64,000 nucleotides of DNA from Deinococcota bacterium. GTDB taxonomy: Bacteria; Deinococcota; Deinococci; Deinococcales; Thermaceae. The notes beneath the pieces were generated by a model, which was not told where the DNA came from, ran no database searches, and saw only the letters and a list, made by a program, of their open reading frames with translations. The position numbers and the translations under genes are program-made. This document shows, in pieces, positions 38,254 to 47,487 of the stretch (position 1 is the stretch's first letter; every line of letters begins with the position of its first letter). The DNA lies in NCBI GenBank assembly GCA_041695225.1, contig JBGFRI010000003.1, forward strand, positions 64,001 to 128,000. Reading direction: 5' to 3'.

Positions 38254-39204
38254 GTGCTGCTCGAGGCCACCCCTTTTGACAACCCCAGCAGCCGCCGCCA
38301 GATCATAGAGGAGGCCCTGCACGGCTGGGACCGCCAGCGCATGGCCGGGGCGGTGGTCTATGCCAGCCAGCTTTTTGGCTGGCACGAGCGGCAGACCTTG
38401 AACGTGCTGCACAATCTATTCTACTGGCTAGGGGAGCAAGGCTATCGCTGGGAGGCCCTGCCCCCCAATGCGCTGCTGCTCTTCTGGCAGGAGATCACCA
38501 CCCAGCGGCCACCCCTTTCCCAGCGGCCGCTCAAACGGGACTTCACCCTCTATGCCTGGTGGCGGGGGCTGCGGCGGGTACTGGAGGTAATCCAGTGGGG
38601 AGGGGTCAAACTGCCCCCACTGGAACTGCCTCCCAAGCCGAGCTATGCCATGGTGCGACCCCATTTACAGGAGCGAGAGTTTGAAGCGCTTTTAGCCGGG
38701 GCCCAGCAGCACCCCGACGGGCGGCTGCGGCGGCTGGGGGTAGCGGTGCTCTACCTGCTGGGGGAAACAGGGCTCTGGCCTCAGGAGCTTTTTACCCTCC
38801 GGCTGGGGGACTTTGACCCAGCGGGGCCAAGTCTGCAGGTGCGAGGCCAGAAGGCCCGCATGGTGCCGTTAAGCAAGGAGGCGGCCCGGGCACTGAGCGT
38901 CTACCTGGAAGACCGGGAAGCGGTGGTCTCGCTAACCCCGCTCCCCAGTCCCTATCTGCTGGTGCGTATGACCAATAAGAAAGGCGGTCTCGGCAAGCCC
39001 TTCAACCTGAACAGTCTGCGGCCATTGCTGGGGCGGGCTGCCGAGATAGCTGGGGTCTTCCCGGAGCGGATGGTGGGCAGTCTGCGCTGGCGGGCAGTAC
39101 GGCGCTATCTGCGCCAGGGACACCCCCCGGCTGAGGTGGCCACCCGGATGGGACTCTCAAGTGTAGCCCAATTGGCGCGGGAACAGACTGCAGAAAGATA
39201 TTAA
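38254..39204 (+). CDS. Tyrosine recombinase fold protein with degenerate catalytic residues
   Basis: ETGLWPQEL..L, VRG.K.R.VPL, SLRW, MGLSS in place of TGxR, HxxR and LGH. Confidence 0.75.
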   Translation: MLLEATPFDNPSSRRQIIEEALHGWDRQRMAGAVVYASQLFGWHERQTLNVLHNLFYWLGEQGYRWEALPPNALLLFWQEITTQRPPLSQRPLKRDFTLYAWWRGLRRVLEVIQWGGVKLPPLELPPKPSYAMVRPHLQEREFEALLAGAQQHPDGRLRRLGVAVLYLLGETGLWPQELFTLRLGDFDPAGPSLQVRGQKARMVPLSKEAARALSVYLEDREAVVSLTPLPSPYLLVRMTNKKGGLGKPFNLNSLRPLLGRAAEIAGVFPERMVGSLRWRAVRRYLRQGHPPAEVATRMGLSSVAQLAREQTAERY

Positions 39205-39797
39205 AGCTGCTTGCTCACCCGTCTACGGACAACCGGGGCTGGCGGCGGGGGAGCAGGCTTTTCTAAAACCGGCTGTTTTGGAGCTGGCGCCGGCTTCTTC
39301 ACGGGCTTAGCTGGTTCTGGGCGCGGCTTCCTGACAATCTCAGGCCAGTCCAGCGGATAGGCTCGTTCGGCAACCAGCTGCATCCCCTCCAGGCGTCCAT
39401 CCACCCGGTAAGGCTTGTTGAGTTCCAGGTGCTCGGTAAGTTCCGGCGCCCGTCTGAGATGGATGCGAAAAGGTTTTCCCTTCTTTGCCCTGGGCTCGAT
39501 CCGAAGAGTAAGGGTTGCGTCCGTAACCCGCAGCAAAATCCCCTGCACACGGACTACCGAGTCTGGCGCCTGTTTTACACGGCCCGCCAGGGTCAGGGAG
39601 GTAATCTCGCCAGCGGTATTCGTGCGGGGCCAGTGGCTATAGATACCTTCTCCCACCAGATGCTCCGGCTCAACATAGGCCTGGCCTCCCAGCCGGACCT
39701 CCAAGCCCGCAGGAAGACAGGGGGAGCTGAACCGTCCTTCCTCAAAGCGGCCTGGCAAAAGGAGTGTCGCCTGAAACATAACTGGTGAGGCAGACAT
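39201..39797 (-). CDS. Hypothetical protein with Pro/Lys-rich tail
   Basis: 198 aa, beta-rich core. Confidence 0.65.
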   Translation of the reverse strand: MSASPVMFQATLLLPGRFEEGRFSSPCLPAGLEVRLGGQAYVEPEHLVGEGIYSHWPRTNTAGEITSLTLAGRVKQAPDSVVRVQGILLRVTDATLTLRIEPRAKKGKPFRIHLRRAPELTEHLELNKPYRVDGRLEGMQLVAERAYPLDWPEIVRKPRPEPAKPVKKPAPAPKQPVLEKPAPPPPAPVVRRRVSKQL

Positions 39798-39828
39798 ATT
39801 TTCAGTCTAGCAAAATCCAGCAGCTTCT

Positions 39829-40473
39829 CTACAACTCATGCAACCGATAAATCGTCAGCAGCTCCGGATAAGACGGCTGGGCCCAGTCCTCAAGTACCTG
39901 CCGCAGAGAGAGTCGCGCTGGCAGGGGATAGCGGTTCAGTACGATGGGGCCCAGATGGGTAGCAACCAGGTGGGCCCGGTCAACCGTGAGCAGAACTGCC
40001 CCACCCCGGCTTACGTCGTAGTCACGAACCGGCGGCTGATTCAGCATCAACGGAGTCTGGAAGGCAGGCGGGAGCTTTTCCTGCCAGCTTGAGTAGTAAC
40101 TGGCAGGATCTTTCGCAAAAACCCGGTGCCAGCGGCGCAGAGCCAGCCGGTTGCAAGCCTGGGTGTAGGTTCGGGCCCGCTCGGGAATAACCTCCAGAAT
40201 CTCCGAACCCGCCGGACTAAAAAAGGGATCTTTAAGTGGGTACTCCATTGTATGTGCGCTTAGAACAAAACAGCGCTGGTTGCGCAGCTGTTTCCAGGCC
40301 AGTCTGCCCACCAGCGCCGGGCCTTTAGCTGGATGATACAAGACCCAGCGCAAGCAACCTCGCGGCCAGGCCAGGTAAGCCTGCAAGCCAATCTGGCCTT
40401 CAGAAAAAGGCTCCAGTAGGGAAGCCAGCTCTTGATAGCTTCGACCGTAATGTTTTTCCTGGCTCAATCCCAT
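39829..40473 (-). CDS. Hypothetical protein
   Basis: 214 aa; C-terminus LLTIYRLHEL resembles the paralog-family tail. Confidence 0.6.
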   Translation of the reverse strand: MGLSQEKHYGRSYQELASLLEPFSEGQIGLQAYLAWPRGCLRWVLYHPAKGPALVGRLAWKQLRNQRCFVLSAHTMEYPLKDPFFSPAGSEILEVIPERARTYTQACNRLALRRWHRVFAKDPASYYSSWQEKLPPAFQTPLMLNQPPVRDYDVSRGGAVLLTVDRAHLVATHLGPIVLNRYPLPARLSLRQVLEDWAQPSYPELLTIYRLHEL

Positions 40474-40736
40474 AGTTGACCCAGGCGGGCCTTTACCAGA
40501 CGCATTGGCAGCATATCATCCGGCTGGGAATCATCCTGCATGACTTCGCGCAGATCCGCCAGCGAGACTGCAAGACCCTGCTTGAACAAAGCCCGGCGTA
40601 CTGCCTCCGGGGTCCAGTCCGGGTGACGCATCTGGAGCTGCTCGACCCGTCGGCGCAATACTGAATCATGCCTGGACAGCAAAAAAGCGGGACCCTTTTC
40701 GGGCAAGGGAAGTTGGGTTAGCACACTGTGACTCAT
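40464..40736 (-). CDS. Hypothetical protein
   Basis: 90 aa, AAGGAG RBS. Confidence 0.6.
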   Translation of the reverse strand: MSHSVLTQLPLPEKGPAFLLSRHDSVLRRRVEQLQMRHPDWTPEAVRRALFKQGLAVSLADLREVMQDDSQPDDMLPMRLVKARLGQLWD

Positions 40737-40864
40737 TCTGTGACTCCTTCCAGGATAATCTCCTGTCAGGTTCTAATATAGCAATACATTACCTGGAACG
40801 CAACTAAAGACACAGTAGAAGAAGGCCGCACTTCACAAGTGCGGCCCGTCCATTGTTCCTGTTC

Positions 40865-42100
40865 CTAGAAGTGAACCAGCAGATGCTGTGCCGTCAGCAC
40901 AGCCAGACCATTCCGCTCCAGTTGGCCAAGTACCTCCTCAAGAGATCCGCTGGTACAAACCCGCCGATCCTTTGGCAGATTGGGAGCGCTGATTCTGTAG
41001 CACACTCGATCTGCACGGGAGAAGTCTGCTTCCAGGAACCAGAACCGACCTGCCACTACTCCCAGATACTTGGAGGAGACCTGGGCGCTACGGGAGTTAC
41101 TGGTTGGAGCCAGACCCTCTTCCAGCAGCACTCGAACATCGGGGTGTTTGAGCACATCCAGGCCGACGGTTGTCCAGTTGCCTCCGGCGCGGGCATAGAG
41201 GTCGATGATCCGGTAGTTCTCCTGGTAGCAGGCCAGAAGGTTCCCCTCGAGCCGGGCCCGTGCATACACCCCTCGGTATGTGTGGCGCAGCCTGGTTCCG
41301 ATGGTGGCCTCCACCCAGTGGACGCAGGTGGGATCATCCGGTGACAGGTAGCCAGCTTCCAGATGCTGCTTCAGGGCCCTGCGACTCATTGGAAGTCGCT
41401 GTTTGATCCCAGGTCCCAGCAACCAGGTGTTCTTGGAGTCCTTGAAGTACCCCCAGAACTGACCGGTACGCTCCCACAACGAGACCACCTTGCTCATAGC
41501 AGGGGCCTCTGGGTTTATTTTCCAGCCAATCATGGCTGGACACGTGCTCTGGCGAATGTCGGCCATAGAGACCGAGGGTAGCCAGTCCCTCAGAGCCCAC
41601 CGGGGCGCACTATCGCCCTTCTGGTACAGGAGCGTCCCATTGCTCGCCCAGGCAGTGTCTCCCAGCTCTTCCCACCAAGCAGTGTTTGCCTGCTCCTGCC
41701 AGCGGTGGGGTCTCTGGGATCGGACTGGCTCGTGTCTGGCTCGCCACTTCTCGACAAAGTGATTGCCGAACTCGTCCAGGCCCACACAGGCCAGCTCCCA
41801 AGAGAGCTGTTCCGGCACGATTACTGGCCTCCCCAGATAGTAGAGAACATCTCCCACCTTCCCGAGTGCAAGCCCAAGCCACTCGTAAATGGCTGGTGCG
41901 ACCTTACCGTCCGCCCAGAAATAAAACCGGTGCAGGGTGGGCCAGTGGCTGGGCTGTAGCCTAAAGTCTGCGGCAATCCCAGCCAGCTGGCTGGGATCAA
42001 GCCGTGGCCAGACCCTGGGCTCGGAAGCCAAGGTGCTGCCGATGGTCTGGCCGTTGAGAACCCAGTTGGGCCCTTGGTCTGTGTACTCTATGATCAACAT
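40865..42100 (-). CDS. ~400-aa paralog family, copy 6
   Basis: LHRFYFW, GWKINPEAP, AGYLSPDDPT..WVEATIG, GLAVLTAQHLL. Confidence 0.85.
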   Translation of the reverse strand: MLIIEYTDQGPNWVLNGQTIGSTLASEPRVWPRLDPSQLAGIAADFRLQPSHWPTLHRFYFWADGKVAPAIYEWLGLALGKVGDVLYYLGRPVIVPEQLSWELACVGLDEFGNHFVEKWRARHEPVRSQRPHRWQEQANTAWWEELGDTAWASNGTLLYQKGDSAPRWALRDWLPSVSMADIRQSTCPAMIGWKINPEAPAMSKVVSLWERTGQFWGYFKDSKNTWLLGPGIKQRLPMSRRALKQHLEAGYLSPDDPTCVHWVEATIGTRLRHTYRGVYARARLEGNLLACYQENYRIIDLYARAGGNWTTVGLDVLKHPDVRVLLEEGLAPTSNSRSAQVSSKYLGVVAGRFWFLEADFSRADRVCYRISAPNLPKDRRVCTSGSLEEVLGQLERNGLAVLTAQHLLVHF

Positions 42101-42261
42101 ATGTCCTCCTATCAATATCTAGTATATAGCACTTGTTTGCTTGCACCTGGGCAAAAAGTTCTAGTTGAGATTAGCTAGCTACCTTAAAGCGCATATTCCG
42201 GTTGAGGTGCTATAAAAAGAAAGAAGAAATCTGCTATATTGTTTTCCGATAGGAGGACAAA

Positions 42262-43443
42262 ATGATCGAGATTCAATACACCGCCATCGGCCCCCGGATC
42301 TCCTTCCGGGGTCAGGATCTGGGCTACCTGTGGGATGAAAAGCCCGCAGTATGGCCTAAGCTCTCAAGGCAGGATCTGATTGACCTGGCCCAGGGCCAGG
42401 ACTGGCTTCCAGCAAGGAAGCTCCACCAGGTGTTCTTCTGGGCCAACCAGAAGGAGATGCCTAAAAATTACGACCTTCTGGGAACAGCCCTGGGAGCAGT
42501 GGGTAGGAAACCTTATCTACTTGGCCGTCCCACCAGCCCAGAAGAGGTCAAGGCCAACTGGGATCTGGCCACGGATAAGGTAGACCTGGGGCGCCGCTGG
42601 GGCTTGGAGGTGTGGAACATCTGTCCTGAGCCAGGACTGAGATGGCTGGAAAGTCCTCTATTCCGGCCTTACCGTCATATACACGGTCTGGTGATTGATG
42701 CTGCTGGCAAGATTCTCTACGCCCCTGGCGACAGTAGCCCCCGTGACCCAGACTGGCTGGCGGCCACTCCTTATCAGGATCTGGAGGCTCTGAAAGCGGA
42801 CGCCCTCCTAGCCTGGAAGATTAATCCTGCGGCCCCAACTGGCAAAGTAAAAAGGAGCTGGTTGCGCGGAAAAGAGCGGTGGGGATTTGTCCAGTCAGAC
42901 AAAAAGACCTGGCTGGTAGGACCTGACCTGGTAGAACAGGTCAACCCAGCCCGAGAAACCGTTCTCAGGAGGCTTCTCCAAAAGGAAATTCTCCGCCTGG
43001 AGGATCCTACTGCCTACCTCTGGTTTCAGGCTATGACCGGGAGCAAGATTCACAAAGCTTCTGTCTGGGACTATGGCCGTGGTTACCAGGTAGGAGAAAT
43101 CACTGTGCTGGGAAAACCCTTCTGGCACAACTGGGGGTGTTTTAGCTCCTGTGGGAGATCTGCTGAGGTAGAAAAGCTTCACCCTGAGCAGATCAAGGCC
43201 CTGTTCGAGCAAGTCGGACCAGAGAGCATTAATCGCAGGAACATCTCTACTGGCTACTTCCTGAGCTCGGAAGCAGGGGTATCCTGGTTTGTCCGCCGGG
43301 ACTCGCCCCATGGCTGGCAGCTAAACACGCCCACAGCCACAACGCCCGTCCTGAAAGGCGACACCCTGGAAGACCTCCTGGCCCTGGTGGAGCGTCATGG
43401 ACTAAGCCAGTTGCTAGCCATGTACCAGCTGACCAGAGTCTAG
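42262..43443 (+). CDS. ~400-aa paralog family, copy 7
   Basis: LHQVFFW, AWKINP, LRLEDPT..WFQAMTG, GLSQLLAMYQL. Confidence 0.85.
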   Translation: MIEIQYTAIGPRISFRGQDLGYLWDEKPAVWPKLSRQDLIDLAQGQDWLPARKLHQVFFWANQKEMPKNYDLLGTALGAVGRKPYLLGRPTSPEEVKANWDLATDKVDLGRRWGLEVWNICPEPGLRWLESPLFRPYRHIHGLVIDAAGKILYAPGDSSPRDPDWLAATPYQDLEALKADALLAWKINPAAPTGKVKRSWLRGKERWGFVQSDKKTWLVGPDLVEQVNPARETVLRRLLQKEILRLEDPTAYLWFQAMTGSKIHKASVWDYGRGYQVGEITVLGKPFWHNWGCFSSCGRSAEVEKLHPEQIKALFEQVGPESINRRNISTGYFLSSEAGVSWFVRRDSPHGWQLNTPTATTPVLKGDTLEDLLALVERHGLSQLLAMYQLTRV

Positions 43444-43707
43444 GCACAGTTTTTACTAACCCCCATTGCTGTTAGCAATGGGGGTTATCTTTTTTCCGTT
43501 TTCCAAGAACCACCTGGTGCCCCTGTGGTCCGAGACGAGGCTGCTACCGTAACCCGGCTGCACATGCTGTAGACGAACAATAAAAGGGCCAGCCGCTTAG
43601 CGGCTCGCAGGCACAGTAAGCGGCAGGGATTTCTCCCTGCCGCACCTTGTTTAATATGCACTAGTAATACCGGACTATATGCCATAAGGTGTAATATAGT
43701 ATTATCT

Positions 43708-44409
43708 ATGGCTAAAGTTAGCTTTGGCAACGATGAGTCTGGACGGGCCTGGGCAAAATTGTTTCGGGTAAAACGCGCAGCGCTCAAATTATCGCGTCAA
43801 AAACTTGCTAATACGGTAAATATCTCACCATCTTTAATTAGTAAAATCGAGAATGGGCTACACGATCCCCGGGATATGAGCATGGGCCGCCTTATGGCTT
43901 TCATGCGTGCCTTGCGCATTACGCCTGAAGAACTTGGCCTCAGCAGCTTTACCGTATTGGTTGGCAGTGGAACTATTACAGTACAAACCTACCCGTCGTT
44001 AAATGCCGCATGTGTTAACGAAGGGGCTGTGCCAGGCTACCTGGATCCCCGTACTCTGCCCCCATCAGGAAACGTTGAGAATTTCTCGCTTGTCCCTTAT
44101 CTTGCAGCAGTCAACTCTCCTCCCATCCTTGTGGCGGAGAACTTACCTCTTAAGGCCGGCTCCTGGCTAATCATTGAGCGTGGCCAGCTAACTGATGACA
44201 AATTAACGCTTGGTTACCTGGCCGAGACCAGACAGCCGATAATTTTCCACTGGCGCTACAACCTCGAACCTACTTTATTGCGCCCGGTAAACGACGTAGG
44301 CCAGGTCTACTGGTTGAGACCGGACGGTTCCCTCGAAGTGGCTGGCAGCTTTTCCAAGCTACGCCCGCTGATTATTGGGCCAATACACTCCGAAATCCGA
44401 CACTTTTAA
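43708..44409 (+). CDS. XRE-family HTH transcriptional regulator
   Basis: LSRQKLA..VNISPSLISKIENG. Confidence 0.85.
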   Translation: MAKVSFGNDESGRAWAKLFRVKRAALKLSRQKLANTVNISPSLISKIENGLHDPRDMSMGRLMAFMRALRITPEELGLSSFTVLVGSGTITVQTYPSLNAACVNEGAVPGYLDPRTLPPSGNVENFSLVPYLAAVNSPPILVAENLPLKAGSWLIIERGQLTDDKLTLGYLAETRQPIIFHWRYNLEPTLLRPVNDVGQVYWLRPDGSLEVAGSFSKLRPLIIGPIHSEIRHF

Positions 44410-44426
44410 CTTTCAATTCCAAGATT

Positions 44427-45083
44427 ATGTCCCGCAAACCCAAGCCTCCCAAACCACCCATGATCAGCCCCTCGGGCTTGAAGTACCGGGGCAGCTGGAC
44501 ACCAGCGCTGATCAAGCAGTTTCTGGGCGAGCCAGACGCCACAGCAGTCAACCCGCACTACCGCAGCGGGCCGCGTATGCAGCTGTATCTCCTCGAGCGG
44601 GTGGAGAAAGCGGAAGCCAGCCCAGAGTTCCAGGAGGCGCTGGTAAAAGCCCGGGCCCGACAGAAATCGGCAGAAAAGGCAGTTCAGACCAGGACAAAGC
44701 ACACCGTTGCCCTGGCCCGGCAGCTAGAGCTAACAGTTGAGAAAATACCGCTGGGCATGTTAAAGAAACTGGCAGTAGAGCACTGGCTGGCGTTCAAGAG
44801 AGAGCGGGACTGGTACGAGGACCGCCCACAGCTAGAGCCGTGGGACAAGCCCGATCCTTTCAGAGACCGAATCTGCGTTAACTTCCTGCGCCACCAGGCC
44901 AGCGAGTATCACGTCAATCTCGAGATTGTCTCGGGTAAAACCGGGATCGGGGAGGCGTACTACATTTTCTGGCAACAGATAGGCGTAGCGATCAAAGAGG
45001 CTTATCCGGTTCTTGCAGAGGAGATGGATCGCCAGTTTGCCGAGCGTTTTGGAGCAGAGGTTCAGGACAAATCAGGCGCCTGA
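44427..45083 (+). CDS. Hypothetical protein
   Basis: 218 aa; WT..LI..FLGEPD...NPHY motif. Confidence 0.75.
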   Translation: MSRKPKPPKPPMISPSGLKYRGSWTPALIKQFLGEPDATAVNPHYRSGPRMQLYLLERVEKAEASPEFQEALVKARARQKSAEKAVQTRTKHTVALARQLELTVEKIPLGMLKKLAVEHWLAFKRERDWYEDRPQLEPWDKPDPFRDRICVNFLRHQASEYHVNLEIVSGKTGIGEAYYIFWQQIGVAIKEAYPVLAEEMDRQFAERFGAEVQDKSGA

Positions 45084-45171
45084 GTCTTCCTGAGTGGTAA
45101 AGCCATGAGAAGCTCAGTGTATGCAAAGAAGAGCCAGGGGGGTAAACCCTCCCTGGCAACTGCGCCTGTGC

Positions 45172-45756
45172 CTAGAAGAGGTAGCCGTGGTCGGCCACCT
45201 TCCGCACCTGGTATTGCTGGTCGAAGCACATCCGCTCCGCCAACTCCTGGGCGGAGAGCTTCTTGCCCCGGTCCTCGGGGCGCTGGTTGAGGACCGGGGC
45301 AAGGACACCCCGGGCGTAGATGGCCAGCTCGAGGGGGATCGAGCCGGCCACCACTTTCCCCTCGATGTCCTCGGGCTTCAGGGCCCCGGACTTGACCGGC
45401 ACAGCCGGAAAGTGCTTCCCGACCGCCTCGGCCATCTCCGGGGCGAACCCGAAGGCCAGATCCGGGGCCTCCACGGGCCCGGCCTCGACCTGGTAGGTGG
45501 CACAACCGGTCACCCGGGTACGCAGCACCTCCACGGGGAGGTCGGCCTTCACCTCATCCTGGGTCAGCTTCAGCCCCAGGACGGTGACAGCGCCTGCCAG
45601 AGCAGCCAGGTCAAGGGGCAGCACGCCGAAAACGTGCTTGCCCCGGACCTGATCGGCCGTGGCGTGCTCGAGGACGGGGGTCTTGGTTCTCACCAGCCCG
45701 GACTCAATCAGAAGAGCCCGGGTGCCTTTGTGGCGCGTAACGACAAGTCTTTCCAT
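45172..45756 (-). CDS. Tandem two-domain Csx16-like protein (ring nuclease candidate)
   Basis: VVTRH, G.HV.G.LPL.LAA and YQV, then a second copy GKVVAGSIPLELA..RGKKLSA..YQV; resembles Csx16 (Cas_VVA1548). Confidence 0.7.
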   Translation of the reverse strand: MERLVVTRHKGTRALLIESGLVRTKTPVLEHATADQVRGKHVFGVLPLDLAALAGAVTVLGLKLTQDEVKADLPVEVLRTRVTGCATYQVEAGPVEAPDLAFGFAPEMAEAVGKHFPAVPVKSGALKPEDIEGKVVAGSIPLELAIYARGVLAPVLNQRPEDRGKKLSAQELAERMCFDQQYQVRKVADHGYLF

Positions 45757-45995
45757 ATATTCTCCTCCTATCACTATTCAGCATACAATACCGTCCGTGC
45801 AGGAAAACAAAAATAATGCGAATCCATCGTCACTGCGTCACCAGACCACTTGTTTCCGCTTTGGAGCGCTACTTATCAATGTGACGCATGGTGACGCAAC
45901 GCATGGACTGCCGGACTTTCACAGCGCACTCACCCAGGCTAAGCAAGAAAAGTGAGGTAGGATAGCCTATCTGTGAAATATGACCTTTCACAGAT

Positions 45996-46535
45996 ATGCT
46001 AATCGGGAGGCCTCCAGTGGAACTTAGAGTTGGTTATCCCTACGGTAGTCCCGGGCCCCGGCTGCCAGGTGTGGAGCTGCGTCTAAGCGATACCAGCCCT
46101 ACTCTTCTGATGGTGCTGCCGGAGTTGCGACAGCAGGAAGTTGCGGCAGTTGCAAAAGGTGAGTGCAGGTTTGGCGTCTATGAGGAGGGCCCGATGCTCT
46201 TTTTTCTCTATTGTTTTGATCCGGTCTTTTCCTGGTCCGATACGCCTTACCACCGGGCACTGGAAGAAGCCCGGCGACCCGTCCAGCTAAGCCTCCTTTC
46301 CGAGCGGTCTCGAGCACTGCTGATGGTTGTCCTGGTCAGCGCTGAGGATGGACTGATACAGGTCTTGCGAGCAGTGACCCTGGACCCCCAGGTTACCCGG
46401 GCTTTGTGGCAGGCCGTCCTGTTGCAGGAGACCCTGCCACCCAATTACGACCAGCGGCTCGAGCAGATCTACGCCCGCCTTACCAGCGCACAGATGGCCC
46501 GAAATGGAATTACCTGCCGGGGAGGAGCTGATTGA
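45996..46535 (+). CDS. Hypothetical protein
   Basis: 179 aa; overlaps the recombinase start. Confidence 0.7.
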   Translation: MLIGRPPVELRVGYPYGSPGPRLPGVELRLSDTSPTLLMVLPELRQQEVAAVAKGECRFGVYEEGPMLFFLYCFDPVFSWSDTPYHRALEEARRPVQLSLLSERSRALLMVVLVSAEDGLIQVLRAVTLDPQVTRALWQAVLLQETLPPNYDQRLEQIYARLTSAQMARNGITCRGGAD

Positions 46536-47434
46536 AAAACAAACCAGGAATACAGAACCAGATCTTTTCACCCGAACTAACCCCCTTTGTCCGCTACCTT
46601 GAAAGCGAGCGCGGCCATACTCCCCAGGGCATCCGGCGCTACCGCTATGACGTACAGTTATGGCTCTCCTGGCTGGCGGCGCAGGGTCAGGAAGCCAACC
46701 AGGAGGCTTTACGAACCTTTCTAGGCGAACGCAGCCTGAGCCCCCGCCGTACCCAGGGCTTTATGGCAGCCCTGCGGGCCTACTATCGCTGGCGACAGGA
46801 AGTGTGCGGCGAGGTGGTGGAAGACCCCACCAAAGGGGTGGGCCGCCCCCGGGCCGGGCGCCGCATTCCCAAGCGCCCCAGCCGAGAGGATCTGCAAAAA
46901 CTGCTAAGCGTTCTAAAAGGAGAACCGGAAGTCCGGCTGCTTTCCACTTTCCTACCGTTTCTCTACGGCACTGGCCTGCGGGTCTCGGAGGCCCTGGGGC
47001 TCCGGCTGGAACACCTGATTCTCGAGCAGAGACGGCCAGTAGCCCTGCGGGTGATCGGCAAGGGCGACAAGGAGCGCCTGGTTCCCCTCTCTCCCCTGGC
47101 CCAGCAAGCCCTGGAGGCCTGGCTGACAGCCCGGAGTAGCCGCCGGGGACCGCTCTGGGTCTATCAGCAGAAAAAATACCAGGGCCGCCCGGTCGGCATT
47201 TCCTGGCTGCAAAAGAAACTAGCCAGCCTGGCCCTGCGGGCGGGCCTGGAGGTCTCCCGTTGCAGCCCGCATAAGTTCCGCCATGCCTACGCCACCGAGT
47301 TGGCCGATGGCGGAGTGGGGTTGGATGCGATCAAGGAGCTGCTGGGCCACAGCTACATCAGCACTACCCAGATTTACCTGCATACCGGCTACCAGCGGCT
47401 GCGGCAGGCGGTAGCGCAGCTAAAGACTATCTGA
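46532..47434 (+). CDS. XerC/XerD-like tyrosine recombinase
   Basis: TGLRVSE, GKGDKER, HKFRH, LGH, TTQIY all intact. Confidence 0.92.
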   Translation: MKNKPGIQNQIFSPELTPFVRYLESERGHTPQGIRRYRYDVQLWLSWLAAQGQEANQEALRTFLGERSLSPRRTQGFMAALRAYYRWRQEVCGEVVEDPTKGVGRPRAGRRIPKRPSREDLQKLLSVLKGEPEVRLLSTFLPFLYGTGLRVSEALGLRLEHLILEQRRPVALRVIGKGDKERLVPLSPLAQQALEAWLTARSSRRGPLWVYQQKKYQGRPVGISWLQKKLASLALRAGLEVSRCSPHKFRHAYATELADGGVGLDAIKELLGHSYISTTQIYLHTGYQRLRQAVAQLKTI

Positions 47435-47487
47435 GACACATCTCATCGGCCGGTACTCTGATATACTCTACTCCGATAGGAGGAGAT

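Noticed and set aside
36622..42461. Diversity-generating retroelement
   Set aside because: The repeats are identical, with no adenine-specific variation, and no reverse transcriptase is in the window.
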